A stretch of 64,000 nucleotides of DNA from Camelus ferus (lineage: Eukaryota). The translations under genes and the position numbers were made by a program. The notes beneath the pieces are model-generated. The model searched no databases. It saw only the letters and a program-made list of their open reading frames with translations, and was not told the DNA's origin. The stretch covers positions 23,810,001-23,874,000 of the forward strand of contig NC_045696.1 of assembly GCF_009834535.1 (NCBI RefSeq). Direction: 5' to 3'. Positions 1-13,306 of this stretch are shown here, piece by piece (position 1 is the stretch's first letter; each line of letters opens with the position of its first letter).

Positions 1-689
1 TAAACAACACTGATAAGAACAGCCTTGGGCTAAATCTATATTATATCCATGTGATTAATTTTTTAGAAATGAGTATTCTGTCGAAAGAATAAGCATATTT
101 TAGAGAATTGTGATGCATATATATGGCCAAATACCATCCCCTTAATAGAAATGTGAAAGAAATTCTCACCAACAGGATAAAGCAACATATATTTTCACAA
201 ACTGGCCAAAACCAGGTTTTGATGTTTTGATGTAGGCAGAAGTGAGGAATTTTAGTTGTTATTTAGTTTATGTTGGGTGAGGGAAGAGCTGGGTGTGAGT
301 GGGTTTTTAACAAACATCATTTGAGACTAGCTTTCTTTGGTCCGGTTTAAAGGATCAGAACTCCTTGGGTTTTTTTTTTTTTTTCTAAATGCCTGGTAAG
401 TATTTGTCAAATTTAGTTTACTGCTTTTCACTCTTGAAAGTTATAGGCTGTTTCAATATTCCTTAAGCTCAGATGTCAGAAATAGACATCCAGATGCATA
501 GTGTAATCTATCTTGTGTTACATAATGAACAAGGATTGGATTTGAATTCTTCTCGCTGTCTCTGCTGTTAAAACTGTGAGGCTATGTTGAGTCATGTAGC
601 TTCTTAGTAAGCTACTAAACTATATAAGCAGTTTGGCTGTTTACCACAGTGTCAATTTTCAGTTATTCAGAAGAGTTTTCTGTGGATGG

Positions 690-1390
690 CTGTGCCAGTA
701 ACTAAGCAAATGTCTCTCAGCTCCAAACCACGCTTCTATAGCTGCTTTGTGATGCTGAAGCCGGGACTCTGCTAACCTTATTTCTATTTTCCAGCTGACT
801 CACTGTTAGACTCTGCCACAGGGGGCGGAGAAAGGAGACTGTAAAGCTGGAGAAGAAAGCAGGGACTCTGCCCTGCTGTGTGCTCCTGTCGGCTTCCTGT
901 CTGCTCGCAGATCCAGTGAGCGTCACCTTGGCAACGCTTCTTCATCCCCGCAGCAGCAGTTCTCCCCTGGGTAGCAGCCGCGGAGTTCAGTTTGCAGCTT
1001 TCCAACACTTGTGGAATAAGCCTCACTGTGTCAATTTTACAGTCACCGACATCACCCAGCAGTGTCCCAGCCTCTGAGGTCTGAGTCCCAGCACCTTGGG
1101 GTCTCTCCTTCAAGCTCAGAGACACTACACACCCACTGAACACTAAACCAGTACCCTCTCCTCAAAGACCTGAGTTTCAGTTCTTTAGAACTGGTCCCCC
1201 CCGCCCCTTCCCAAGTTTCTAAGTTCTAATAATTCCAGCCTTCTCCCTTTATTCTTTCAACCAAGGGGTTAGTATCTACTTCCTGCAGTTGCTGCCTCTG
1301 TGCTACATTAAGGTTTTCTTTTTGTTTTGCAGTTACTTAGTTCACAACTTTACATCTAGTAGATGATTTCTAATATTAAATTCTCTCTGA
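690..1390 (-). mobile_element. ERVL solo LTR, LTR33-like
   Basis: Blocks such as 'gttagactctgccacagggggcggagaaaggagactgtaaagctggag' and terminal 'ttaaattctctctg' resemble LTR33 as remembered; boundaries approximate. Confidence 0.55.
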
Positions 1391-2419
1391 AGTTTTGTAC
1401 CAAGTATACAGTGAAACCAAGAGTTAAATTTTTTTAAGAACAAAGGTTATCTGCTATAGTCACCCAGCACATATGTGACTCCCTAGAAGAAATTCATGAG
1501 ACAGAAGAGGATGAAGAGAACCAACAGGTGAAGCAAATTGTTAACAAGTGTGGCTTATAAAACATGCCCGTACACTACTGCTTCCACCGCGGAGAGCCAC
1601 TGGAGAGCTCCTTGCATTTTTTCCTCCAATGTCACGAAGTCACATCTCCCAAGGATGGATTTTAATGATGGGGTCTGGCTAATAATGGGTAGTTTGCAGA
1701 ACTGGGGTGTTTCAGTGACCTGAGGCTATTCTAGAAGCTGCAATTACCTAAAGAGAATAATTGTAGAAACTCCTGTTTGGGGGAATTCAGGGAAATGTCA
1801 TGGAGGTGCACCTTTGAAATTGCCGTATGTTTAAGCTGTGGTTGAGAGAAAGATTTCAGCATTGAGATAGAATTCCTATGTGCAGTAACTGTGGTCATAA
1901 CAGATTCTTCTCTTTTGATCCTCATTTCCTATAAAATTTCATGGTTCTACAATTTCAAGTTATCCATTCAAGCTCAACGAGGTTAAATAAGTCTTGAGGG
2001 CCAAGATCATAGTTGTTCCGAAATTCAAAGTGGTTGGAAAGCTGTTTTTTAACTATGTTCTAGTGAAACAAGCTGGTTGACAAATTTATAGGTACAATTC
2101 CTTTTGTGCAATTAGTTCAAAGCTCTATCCGGTCAACTGTAACCATCTGAAAGTAAACTCTATCAGATTTTCTAAGTTATTGATCATTATGAATATAATT
2201 TCATCTAGTTCTGAAAAAAAGTCACCAACATATTTCAAAATCATTTTTTTCCCATAAAAGTATATATAATGTAGCATCAAGTGCAAGATGGATGGCTGCA
2301 GTAACACTTTTGGTAAATTTAAAGTTTCCATATAAGCTAGATTTGAGGACTTTACATAAATAATCATACGGATTGCAAATAATCACAGTTTTGTTTTGTT
2401 CCTGCTAATTATTTTCCAC

Positions 2420-2575
2420 ATAATTCTTTGGGTCTAGTACCTCCAATGCAATATTGAATCAGAACGGTGAGAGCGAGAGTACTCATCTCATATTTGATTT
2501 TATGGGGAGTATTTTTAAAGTTTCACTATTTAATGTATTGTTTCCTATAATCTTTTGATAAAAAGCCTATTTACC
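2420..2575 (-). mobile_element. Old L1 ORF2 fragment
   Basis: 'acctccaatgcaatattgaatcagaacggtgagagc...tttcactatttaatgtattg' matches antisense L1 ORF2. Confidence 0.55.
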
Positions 2576-2579
2576 CATA

Positions 2580-3340
2580 TATCTATCAGAATTTAGTGCA
2601 GAAATCAGAAATCATTTTAGATATTACAAGGAGGAAGAAATCTAACAGGCACTTGAAAAATTATTGGAAGGACTGAAGGACAGCATGACGGGGGCGGGGT
2701 GAGTGTTGATGCTGAAATTTGGTTTCAAGGTTGCTCACCACAGGTGTAATCAGAGGTCAGTAAATTTGCTACCATTGCCACAGCTTTCTCAAACCACACA
2801 CCTGGTACCAAAAAAGAAAAATAATGAATAATGAATCAACAAACCATGTTGGTTCTTGCTTGTCAACCACCTCTGCCAAAGGAAGATGATCTCCTCTTGT
2901 GTCAGTCAGGGTCTAGCAAAAGCCACAGTAGGTATCTGAACAGATATAATTTAATATAAAGATGTTTAAGTTAAGTGTACAGTTGTTAATTCATTCAAAA
3001 GAAAAAAAGAAACCACTAAAAGTAGAAGTTATGGAAATAACAATTTCAGGAAGCAGTGACCACTCCTAGATCCTAGGTGGACAAAGAAGAGGATAGAATT
3101 ACTAAAACTTAAAAGCTTTAAGGGGAAGACTTGCGGAGGTGAAACTCACACATCTGGGGAGATAGAGCTGGTTGCATGGTGCCTGGTTTCTCTTCAAAGG
3201 TTGTAATGAGGCTATTTCTGCAAGTTTGAGTGGGGAAAATCCAAACAAGAAGTAACTGCAGCTGTGGAAAGAAAATGCCTCAGCTGGGGTTTAGAAGCAG
3301 TGCCGGAGTGACTGTGTAGGAATGAGTTAATACAGAAGGT
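2580..3340. mobile_element. Old LTR fragments (LTR78/79-like)
   Basis: 'tgtgtcagtcagggtctagc...aggtatctgaacagatataatttaatataaag' is a typical old LTR terminus; family uncertain. Confidence 0.35.
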
Positions 3341-3344
3341 CTGA

Positions 3345-3930
3345 TCTTGCTCTTTGAAGGACGAGCTCCTGGGGCTGGCACTTAAAAACTTGACTTTGGA
3401 ATTTTCCGTATATTACTAAATAATAAGGCTATTTTATGTGGCTTGGCCACTACACCCTGCTGTACCAGTCTACCTAGGTTGTTTGTGCAAACAATGTGAT
3501 TAATGGTAAATACGTGCTTTAACATCATGGGGTCTGGAACTTTGGAAATCAAGGCTGGTTATGTAGGGGAAAGTGCCGATGTAACCAGCCCTCAGTGAAA
3601 ACCCTGGACTCAGAGTGACATCAACATCCTGGAGGCACAAGACATCTCTCATTTTTGTCCCCTAACTCAACAACAAAAATCTGGCCTCTATCCATTGACA
3701 AAAGTGCCTCTGTGAGACCTCTGGGATCCAACACCATATGCCAAGGGAACTGGGCAGAGTCTTGACTACCCATGCATTGGCCGATACACAGATAGATCTT
3801 GGGCCTGGTTTTGGATCCTGCAGTGACATTTGAACCAGCTCCAACCCCTCAGCTGTGGTCTGAGAGTCCCTGGAAAGCACTGTCTGAGACAGTCACCCAC
3901 AGACAAGACATCCTTTGTAGAGGCTCAGCT
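3345..3930 (+). mobile_element. MER21-like ERVL LTR fragment
   Basis: 'tttgtgcaaacaatgtgatt', 'gggtctggaactttgg' and 'gtaaccagccctcagtgaaaaccctggac' are MER21-group motifs. Confidence 0.55.
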
Positions 3931-4334
3931 TTCCAGAGGAGAAGTTCCAGCACATTGTTGGAACAAAAAATTCTAAGTCTGGACACAAGGATTGGGTAAG
4001 AGGAACAGTTTGACTTTACTCACATCCCCCTTTCTCCAAGACAACACAGCTCATGCCAAGAGCTTCTTGGCCCATGTTTTCTCCCACAAGGGACAGAGGG
4101 AGCATGTGAGAGAGCACCCGGCTTCCTCAGCTGCACCAGATGTTGCCAAAGGAGCTCATTTCTCCCTCTCCCCATCCACATTACTAAATTATGAGCTGCA
4201 TGATTGGCGGGCAGGAAAAGGCTTGGAGAGCAGCAGATAAGACTCTTGGAGAGCTTTAAAAGAACATGAATCCTACTAACTGCATCATAGATTCCACCAG
4301 GAAGTCCACCCATGAGCCACTGGGAACACTTCAT

Positions 4335-5390
4335 CCACGGATCCCCTCAAATTAGTCACATGAAGATAAACAACACCCTGGTAAAGGTAAGTTTATAGGC
4401 AAGTTCAGAATACTCTAACATTATAATACGATAACAAGTAAAACACTTAACTCTAGTATAAAGGTTAAAGGGTGAGATTAAAAATAATTTGCTACAGTAA
4501 TTTATTAATGAATACCAGTAATGAAAAAAGGTAAATTGTGGCATCAAAAACATAAAGGAGGCAAAAATGTGAAGTTTTTGTATGGAATCGAAGTTCAGCG
4601 TAAAATAGACTGCATTATAAGATGTAAGCCTTGTGGTAACCACAAAGCAAACACCTACAACAGATTCACAAAAGATAAACAGAAGGGTGTCAAAGCACAC
4701 AACTACAGAAAATCACCAATTCACAGAGGGAGGGAGCAAGAGAGGAAGGAGAAACAGAGAAACTACAGAACAGCCAGAAAACAATTAATAAGATGACATT
4801 AGCAAGTTCGTTCCTATCAATAATTCTCTAAATGTAAATAGATTCAACTCTCCAATCAAATGACATAGAATGGCTGGATGGGTAAAAAGCAAGACCTGAC
4901 CATATGCTACCTACAAGAAGCTCAAGCTTTAAGGGTACAGTTAGCTCAAAATTAAGGGAAAGGAAACGATAGTCTTATGTAAGGGGAAACAAAGAGAGCA
5001 AAGGCAGTTACACTCACATCAGACAATACAGACTTTAAGCCAAAAATAGTAACGAGTGAAAAAGAGAGTCATTATATAATGATAAAATTGTCAATTCATT
5101 CAAAAGGATGTAACAGTTATAAACTGGAACACATAAGTCTATTAATCAAATGCACACAGATTTGAAAGGAGAAATATACAACACTAGCATAACTAGAGAA
5201 CCTCAATGCCTCACATTTGGCAATGAGTAGATCAACCAAACAGAAAAACAACAACTAAACATTGGGCTTGTATTTCAACCAGACTTTAGATCAAATGAAC
5301 TTAATAGACATATACAGTATTTTCTATTTAGCAGCAGCAAACTATTCATTCTTCTGAAGTGCTCACAGAACATTTTCCAGGATAGATGGT
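4335..5390 (+). mobile_element. Degenerate L1 fragment: inter-ORF region and ORF2 endonuclease N-terminus
   Basis: From about 4792 it reads, with frameshifts, like L1 EN 'LSIITLNVNGLNSPIKRHRVAEWIKKQDPTICCLQE'. Confidence 0.85.
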
Positions 5391-5830
5391 ATTCTGAGAT
5401 TCTGTTCATTTTTCCTTAGTCTTTTTTTCTTTCTGTTCTTCGAAGTGGATAGTTTATATTGATCTATTCTCATGTCCACTAGTTATTTTGCTCTAATTTG
5501 CTATTGGGTCTATGTAAAATTTTTATTTTAGTAACAATAATTTTCAGTTCTATACTTCCTCTAGATTATCTGTTGAGTCATTGATATCATTTTTCTTCAA
5601 TTATTTAAGCATTGTTGAATGTATTTATAACAGCTACTTTGAAATCTGCCTGTCAACCCAATATCTAAGACCTGTTTCATTGACTGCCTTCTTTTCCTGA
5701 GTATAGCTTCATGCCTCCCTTTTTTGTATATAGATTAATTTGAGGTTTAAATATGCATCTTATAGACAATACATTGTAGTAACTTTAGATTCATCACATT
5801 CTTCTGAATTTGGAGTTTTGTTATGCTATG
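5391..5830 (-). mobile_element. Old L1 fragment, ORF1 side
   Basis: 'ctgagattctgttcatttttccttagtctttttttctttctgttcttc...tattgatctattctca' is typical antisense L1M. Confidence 0.55.
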
Positions 5831-8594
5831 GTGTTTGGTTGCCTGGATCAATCCGCAGAGTCTTCCCACCTCCCATTCCCCATGATGCACAGCTGCTTAT
5901 CTACCAACACTGTTCTCTTGTCTTCCCACTGTTGCTTTTTCAGCCTGTTTTCCTCTTGGTTTCCTCTATGTCTGCCAAATTTGGGCAGGTTGAGGATCGG
6001 GGCAGAGGTTAGGATCATCTCTCTCTTGTTTTCCTAGTTTTAGGGATTTTCCTAATTTTCAGCTGTTCTGTAAAATTTACCTTAATATTAGACACTTCAA
6101 GCTTTTTCCCACCCAGACTACACATGGTTGGAGAACGCATTCGCTAAAGAAAAGCATCCAACTCACACACCTGGATCCACATCATTCTGTCTACAGGAAG
6201 GAGATTCCTCTCTGCTTTCTGCGTGCTTTTTCATAATCCTCCCTCTGGTTTTCAAATTCTTGAATAATTTTGCCAAGGATTTGGCAGTTTATCCTTTGAA
6301 TTAGGGCATCACTCTCAAATTTGGAACTAGAAGCTCCTTCCCACACATTCATATTACTCCCTAACTCTACTTCTTTCCTCAATTTAACATCATGGTAAGT
6401 ATATACCTGGAAAGGATCTTAGAAAGAGTGTCATCACGTCATTTTATGTTAGAAGCACCAGAAGCCTTGAAAAGTAAGGTGAGTGGTCCAGGGTCACAGA
6501 GCCAGTTAATGGCTTGGTTTCCTGATTTTGTCTTGACGAATTGCCCTGATGCCTATGGTTCTAGTGCAATTGGGCGGTGCAAAAAAAACCAAAAGATATC
6601 ATTCCAGCCCTCAGTGCACTCATATCTTTTTTAGGGAGATCAAATACACACAGTAAAGCAAACTGTGAACGATTACAAAGCCAGCATAGCTTCTAGTTCA
6701 AAGTCTAACTAAACATAGCCGGGAGAGCAACAGGGCGACAAGCTCAGGCAACAAACCTAACGTGCATTAATTAGCCTTAAAGCCCCAGCAAAGGGAAAAT
6801 TTTAATAATCAAAAATCTGTGTAGTATTACTGAATTTCTTCAGACTCTGAATGTACAATAACAGTAAATGCTCCTAACAGTAAAGGCTTCTGAAACTTAG
6901 CCAAGTTAATTTTTTTTAAGTGCGTAGCTTTCTGTGTCTCTCTCTATTGTGAATCCTCTACAAATCTCTTGTGGTAGGACACTGGATCCCATTTCTAGGT
7001 ATATAAGATATAAGGATTAATTTTCAGGAAACTTCAGTTTTCTCTTCATCCTTGGACCTTTGTATCTATTAGTAAGAAAGGCATAATTTGTTTCTAGAGG
7101 ATTCCAGTGTATTATGAATGCTCTTGTTTGTGTATGAAGAATGGAAACTTGTTTTACTTATCCATTTCATGTAACCTCCTTTTCATAATGAAATGGCATA
7201 GACATAGAATTTAATTGGGCTACTAAAAAAATCTAAATTGATAAATTATGTAAGGAAAAAGATAAGTAAAAAAATATAATTTTATGTAAATGTTTAATAT
7301 TTGTTAATTTGCAGCATGTAACGTAATTTTATTTAAGACCAAATTTATATTCAAGGCCAGTTGCTATTTTTACAGATATGCTCCATTTAGTTTTTGCTTA
7401 AGGCCTTTGAATGCCTTTTAATGTGAACTGGTTTAAAGTAATTAGCATATTATAAAATAGTGCTTTTCAAACTCTAGGAGCAATTAAATTCGTGTTATTT
7501 AATGAATTATTTTATTTAAATTAAAATCTTTATAGGTTAAGAATTAAATTTTCCAATGCTTTTGCAAAATTTCTCCCTACTTTCAGATAGATGTCAAGCA
7601 GGCAGCATTTTTTTGTCAAGTGGTCAAATAAATCTTTTGACTCACAGAAATGGAAAGAACCTATCTTACCATCTTCTCCCTCCAAAATGAAGGGAAGAAT
7701 TTTGAAGCTAGAAATAATGTTTTGGGTCTGATAGATTGAGCCAAAAACCTTCTTTGAAGTGTAATTTTTAGGCAAGCAGAGAATTGTGGAGATCTTTACA
7801 TAATAAATTCTGCAAGTGGCCACAAACTTATTTAGGTAAACACTAACTGAAATTAATGTCTATTGACTGGGAAGTAAAGAGATTATGGTGGTCACATGGG
7901 TCTGAAGAGAAGAAACTTTCTTGTAATCACGTCCAGAGCTCAGAAAAAAGGAGGTTGATGATGTTTTTGACAGTTAATAGGTAAAATGAAAACAATATCC
8001 AGGAAAAGGAAATATCTCATGCAGATGCAAGAACCCATGTTTGATATAATCTTCACAAAAAGACCCATAATTGATAATATGCCTATTGGTTTGTCTTGTG
8101 GCCATTGGTTTGGGAATGTGGTTCTTAAATATCCACATTTCAAAGTGAGTCTTACTTTCTGGGAGAGTAGAAAGCTAACTACATTACATAATTCAAGAAG
8201 CAGAAAGAGTTCATTAAGGTACTAAGTATCAATACCTTCCCCACTGGCCTCCCTGACGTTCTTACCATGACCGTGGATTTGTGGTTTTTAACCATCTTCC
8301 CCCCAGATGTTACAAGGAATAATCTGTTTATCTGTGCAAATATTAATTTGGGAGGTAGTTTAGTTTATTATACTGACTGGGGACTTGATGAAGTGAGATA
8401 CAAAACAGGGAAATTTTGATGAAATATGAAATGAGTCAAGTCTAGATGGCACAGTGTGGCCTGGGTGATAATTGTTCCTGGAAGAAAGAGGAGAAAGGGA
8501 AGATACTAATGATGGATGGGCACACTGTTTTGCCTTGAGTCTGCAGAAAGGGATATTTGGATAAAGATAAGTCACTTAAAAAAGACAAGCTGAT

Positions 8595-9403
8595 TGAGTC
8601 AGAAGACCTGAATAGACATTTCTCCAAAGAAGACATACAGATGACCAATAAGCACATGGAAAGATACTCAACATCACTAATTGTTAGAGAAATGCAAATC
8701 AAAACTACAATGAGGTATCACCTCACACCAGTCAGAAATGGCCATCATTAAAAAGTCTACAAATGATAAATGCTGGAGAGGGTGTGGAGAAAAAGGAACC
8801 CTCCTACACTGTTGGTGGGAACATAAATTGCACAGCCATTATGGAGAACAGTATGGAGGTTCCTTAAAAAACTAAAAATAGACTTACCATATGATACAGC
8901 AATCCCATTCCTGGGCATAAATCTGCAGAAAAATATAATTCAAAAAGATATATGCACCCCAATGTTCAAAGCAGCACTAGTTACAATAGTCAATACATGG
9001 AAATAATCCAAATTTCCAACAGATGACTGGATAAAGAAGATACGGTGTGTGTGCATGTGTGTGTGTACATATATATGTATGTATATATGTATATATATAT
9101 ATACATATACATGTATATATGTGTGTGTGGAATAATGGAATAATACTCAGCCATAAAAAATAAAATAAAATAATGCCATTTGCAGCAACATGGATGGACC
9201 TGGAGGTCGTCGTTCTAAGTGAAGTAAGCCAGAAAAAGAAAGAAAAATGCTATATGATATCTCTTTTATGTGGAATCTGAAAAAAAAACACAAATGAACT
9301 TATCTATAAAACAAAAACAGACTCACAGATATAGAGAACAAACTTATGGTTACCACGGGGTAAAAGGGATGGGAAGGGATAAATTGGGAATTCAATAATT
9401 GCA
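8595..9403 (+). mobile_element. 5'-truncated L1 (ORF2 C-terminus and 3' UTR) with an internal (TG/TA)n tract
   Basis: ORF 8557-8751 gives [45 protein letters not shown], which is L1 ORF2 C-terminal; L1 3' UTR follows. Confidence 0.95.
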
Positions 9404-9545
9404 CCTCTTCAGGAGTAATGAAAATATTAGCTATCTTGATTGCGGCAGTAGTTTTATTGTTGTATACGTCTATCAAAATTCATCAAATTGTACATCTAAA
9501 ATATATATAGTTTACTGTACAGGAACCATACCACAATAAACGTGT
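9404..9545 (+). mobile_element. Older L1 (L1MB/MC-like) 3' end
   Basis: 'tatcttgattgcggcagtagtttt...catcaaattgtacatctaaaa...accacaataaa'. Confidence 0.65.
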
Positions 9546-9644
9546 TTTTTTAAAAAAAAATCATGCTAATGTCACTCAGTGAAAGTTAGAAAATTCATTG
9601 AAAAATACATATACATATATATTTATATTTAAAAAAAATTGTTA

Positions 9645-9807
9645 GGGGGGAGGTTATAGCTTAATGGTAGAGTGCCTGCCTAGTATGCGTGAGCTCTTGA
9701 GTTCAATCCCCAGTACCTTCATTAGAGAAAAAAAAAAGATAAATCAATTAATAAACTAATCTAATTACCTCCTCCCTCAAAAAATTAAAAAAAAACCCCC
9801 AAAGTTT
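9645..9807 (+). mobile_element. tRNA-derived SINE (Vic-1-type, camelid)
   Basis: GGGGGGAGG start, Pol III A box (TATAGCTTAATGG) and B box (GAGTTCAATCCCC), A-rich tail, degenerate TSD aaaaaaattgtta/aaaaaaatggcta. Confidence 0.85.
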
Positions 9808-10012
9808 AAAAAAATGGCTACCAACATCTCTGCTATACAGAAGTTCATTCCATCCCTTTTGTCGCAATTTAAATTTTATTTTGATATTATCAGTGTTATA
9901 TATGTTGTATATTTTGGTGTAATTTTGGTATCATATAGTTATTTGTGAGAACAAGTGCTTGACATTCAAATGTTTCACAGCTTTTTTTTCAAGTAAACCC
10001 CTGATAAAAAAA

Positions 10013-10448
10013 TGCCAACAAAAAATTACTTGACCTAAGAAAGATATGAAAAATTTTATTTGAGCCAGATTGAGGATTATAACTCAGGAACAGCATCTCA
10101 GATAGCTCTGAGAACTGTTCCTCTCATTTGAAGTCACAGCACAGTTATAGAAGTTTTTTGAGACAGAGGGCTATATGTTAAATGATGTATTATTGGCAGT
10201 TTACACAATTCAGATCTAAAAGTCATAATGGCTCCTTACAAGATCAAGAGGCACTGTTATGTTTAAGGAGTTGTCGTGTTGATGCTAAGGAAATGTTGCT
10301 CTTTATGGTTGAGTAGGTATTTCTGCCAATGGGGAGGGTTGGTCAATGCATAATGCACAGCAGGGGGAGAGAGGAGGTCAAAGGGCAGAGAAAATTTTTT
10401 TTATGTTGAATGTTTTGTCTTGCCATAAAATGTGAATTTTATTTCACA
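10013..10448 (-). mobile_element. ERV1-type solo LTR
   Basis: TG...CA ends; 'aaattttatttgagccagattgaggattataactcagg...gatagctctgagaactg' is typical of antisense ERV1 LTRs. Confidence 0.65.
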
Positions 10449-12585
10449 AAACTATATTTTTATATTTCTAAAACAAACAGACTTATGATGGATCATTTTT
10501 CTTACATTAATTACACAGGTTATAGCTTCTTAGTTGGAGTTTAAGTGACAGACACATAACCAATGTCAGTTTATAGATAAATGGCCTTAAAATCTCGATG
10601 TAGAAGATCTGTAGAAACGACATGTGCAACCTCAAGTTTTTAAAATGGCCTCTGTGCTAGTTTCAAATGGAGACCAAGAAAGCAAGGTCATTTTTAATCT
10701 CTACATGCATCTTGCTTTCCTGGCTCAACACTAATCGTTCGTTGTGTTCTGCATATTGGAAGGGAGAAGATGAAGGATATAGAAGAATTCACTTTGAAAA
10801 CATGTACTCAATGTTCCATATCCAAACACTCCCAGGGGATTAAATAATCAGAAAGCCCCACATCATTTGCATTTTAATGGATAAAAATAAGAGTTGAAAC
10901 ATTTCTTTACACTTAAACTACCATGAAAAATCATGTGTAGTTAATAGGACTGAAGTGGTGGGGAGGGGAATAAGAAATGGGGACTCTATAAAATTTAAGG
11001 GAAATTTATTTCTTTTACAGAATTGGAGCTGGGTTGATTAAGTCAAGGTGCCTGCCTCTAGAGACATTTTCCTAATGAAAAGTACTGTAACTTCAGACCT
11101 TTCACATTTTCCACGAATAGATGTCATTACTCATTATCACATTTATCATTACTTGTAAAACAGTGAGGTGGCAGCAGGGGAAAGGACTAAAATAGAGTTG
11201 AAAAAAATTTGGTTCTGGCTTAGGTAATTTAAATGAAGGCTTTTTTGCAAAAGCAAACACATCCTTACTCCATCGTACCTTTGGAAAACTGACACAAGGT
11301 AGTGGACCATTTTATGAAAAGAAAAGTGACTACAGACTCTCTCCACCCTCCTCTGCTTCTGAATTAGAAATGATAAAGAGCTTGACTGGTTAAATTCTGA
11401 AACAGATAATGAGTTTTTAAAGTGGTAATTACTGAATCTCCTTCTTTCTAGAAACCCATTAACAGGTATCTCTTTAGTCATACAAAAAAATCTTCATAAA
11501 TATTGAATTGTGCTATCACATGTACAAGTTTCTTTCAAATTATTGAATCTGACTAGTTTCACAGGAACTATTTGCTATTAATTGGTTTTAAGATTTAATC
11601 AAGTAAAGACATCATTTATTAATTCCAGTTCGAAATGCCGGGAAAAAGATGTAACCTTATTATCTTTCATCAAACCTCTTCAAATGTTCATATTGGTTAG
11701 AAATTGAAAACAAAAGGTGGCTCTCTGCCTTGTGAATTTCTTCAGGTTCAAAGAACAGAATTTATCAATGGGAAGCTACAAAAATGCTCAGAGTGAAATC
11801 TCACTGCCTAACTATAGAATGAAGAGGGTTGGACCAGACTTGCAGCAAGGACACAATGGCTGTTTGTTGAACTCTTAATTAGTGTAGTAGGTAGGAAGAG
11901 GAAAGTAAACCCTGTATTACTGTCAAAGTCAAGCAGCTTCACATTTCCAGTCAAGAGTATATCTTGACTGTGTTCTTCAAGTACCAAGCAGTAATGAAAA
12001 GATGAAGAAGCCCCAGATATACAATCTTAGATGTTAAAAAGTAGGAAGCCTTGTAGATGGGGGCGTCCCATAGCTGGCTGAGTTCTGTCAGCTGCCTAAA
12101 GTTCTATCAGCTGTTGACAAAGTCCCCATTCAGAGAACATAGACGTTTCCAGATGGAATTCTTACATGTTACCTGCCACCAACTGCTCAGGATTGTGAAT
12201 TGTATCTCAGATACTACAGAAGTTGAGAATGTATTGCACCCATAAACAGAAAACATACTATAAATCTATAGATTAGATTCATTTTCCCATTAGGAAAATG
12301 AATGCCTTAAGTCAAGAAGTTGTTATGTATAAAATAGGCAAATAAAGATTTCTCAAATTATTATGAACAGATTTATTATTAGAAACAACCCTGTTTATAA
12401 TGTAGAGTATTTTTATAAGATGAAATCTGACTTAAGAAATGTATTTTTATTAACTTTCTCTGTAAGTTTTTTGATGGTCTACATTCTATTTCCCATCTTA
12501 ACTGCTGGACTCTTTTCTAACTTATCTGTTGCTAACAATTTTTCAATAAAAACATAACAGATGAAATTTTCAGATTGTATTTTTT

Positions 12586-12917
12586 TATTATTTTTTTTAA
12601 CACTTTTTATTGATTTATAATCATTTTACAATATTGTGTCAAATTCCAGTGTAGAGCACAATTTTTCAGTTATACATGAACATATATATATTCATTGTCA
12701 CATTTTTTTCTCTGTGAGTTACCATAAGATCTTGTGTATATTTCCCTGTGCTATACAGTATAATCTTGTTTATCTATTCTGCAATTTTGAAATCCCGTCT
12801 ATCTCTTCCCACCCTCTGGCCCCTTGGCAACCACAAGTTTGTATTCTATGTCTATGAGTCTGTTTCTGTTTTGTATTTATGCTTTGTTTGTTTGTTTTTG
12901 TTTTTTTTTTTAGATTC
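12586..12917 (-). mobile_element. Young 5'-truncated L1 3' end
   Basis: Poly(T) head, L1 3' UTR, exact 15-bp TSD CAGATTGTATTTTTT at 12571-12585 and 12918-12932. Confidence 0.93.
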
Positions 12918-13306
12918 CAGATTGTATTTTTTAATTATTCAATTATTCAGAAGGCTGAATGGAGATAGGAAATCAAATTTATTAGCAAGCATTCTTATTA
13001 AAGACTATGATGGTGTTCTGTAGCTTTCTATTTTTTTTAATGATCTTGAACATTATTTGAACTGAAGCTATTCAGGTAAAGGGGCAGTAACTTTTCTTTC
13101 TCTTCATGTTATTTACATAATCAAATTAGAAGACCCTGTGTCACGTTTGTGGGGTTACCAGAAGGTGGAGTGATAACGAGGACCACATTTTCTCTTCCTG
13201 GTTCCCCATCACAAAGTCAGGATATCATCAAAAAATATCTAGACTATTGCTAATCACAACTCTAGCTCTGGGAAACCTTGAAGAATTGAGATTAAAGATT
13301 CCATAA

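Noticed and set aside
815..830. CTCF motif GCCACAGGGGGCGG
   Set aside because: The 5' half misaligns with the consensus by one base, and it lies within an old LTR
1438..1560. Acidic peptide ...DSLEEIHETEEDEENQQVKQIVNKCGL* as a coding exon
   Set aside because: Short, no recognisable homology and no convincing splice acceptor
9645..9716. Functional tRNA gene
   Set aside because: A and B boxes are present, but it has a SINE body, A-rich tail and TSD, with no convincing cloverleaf
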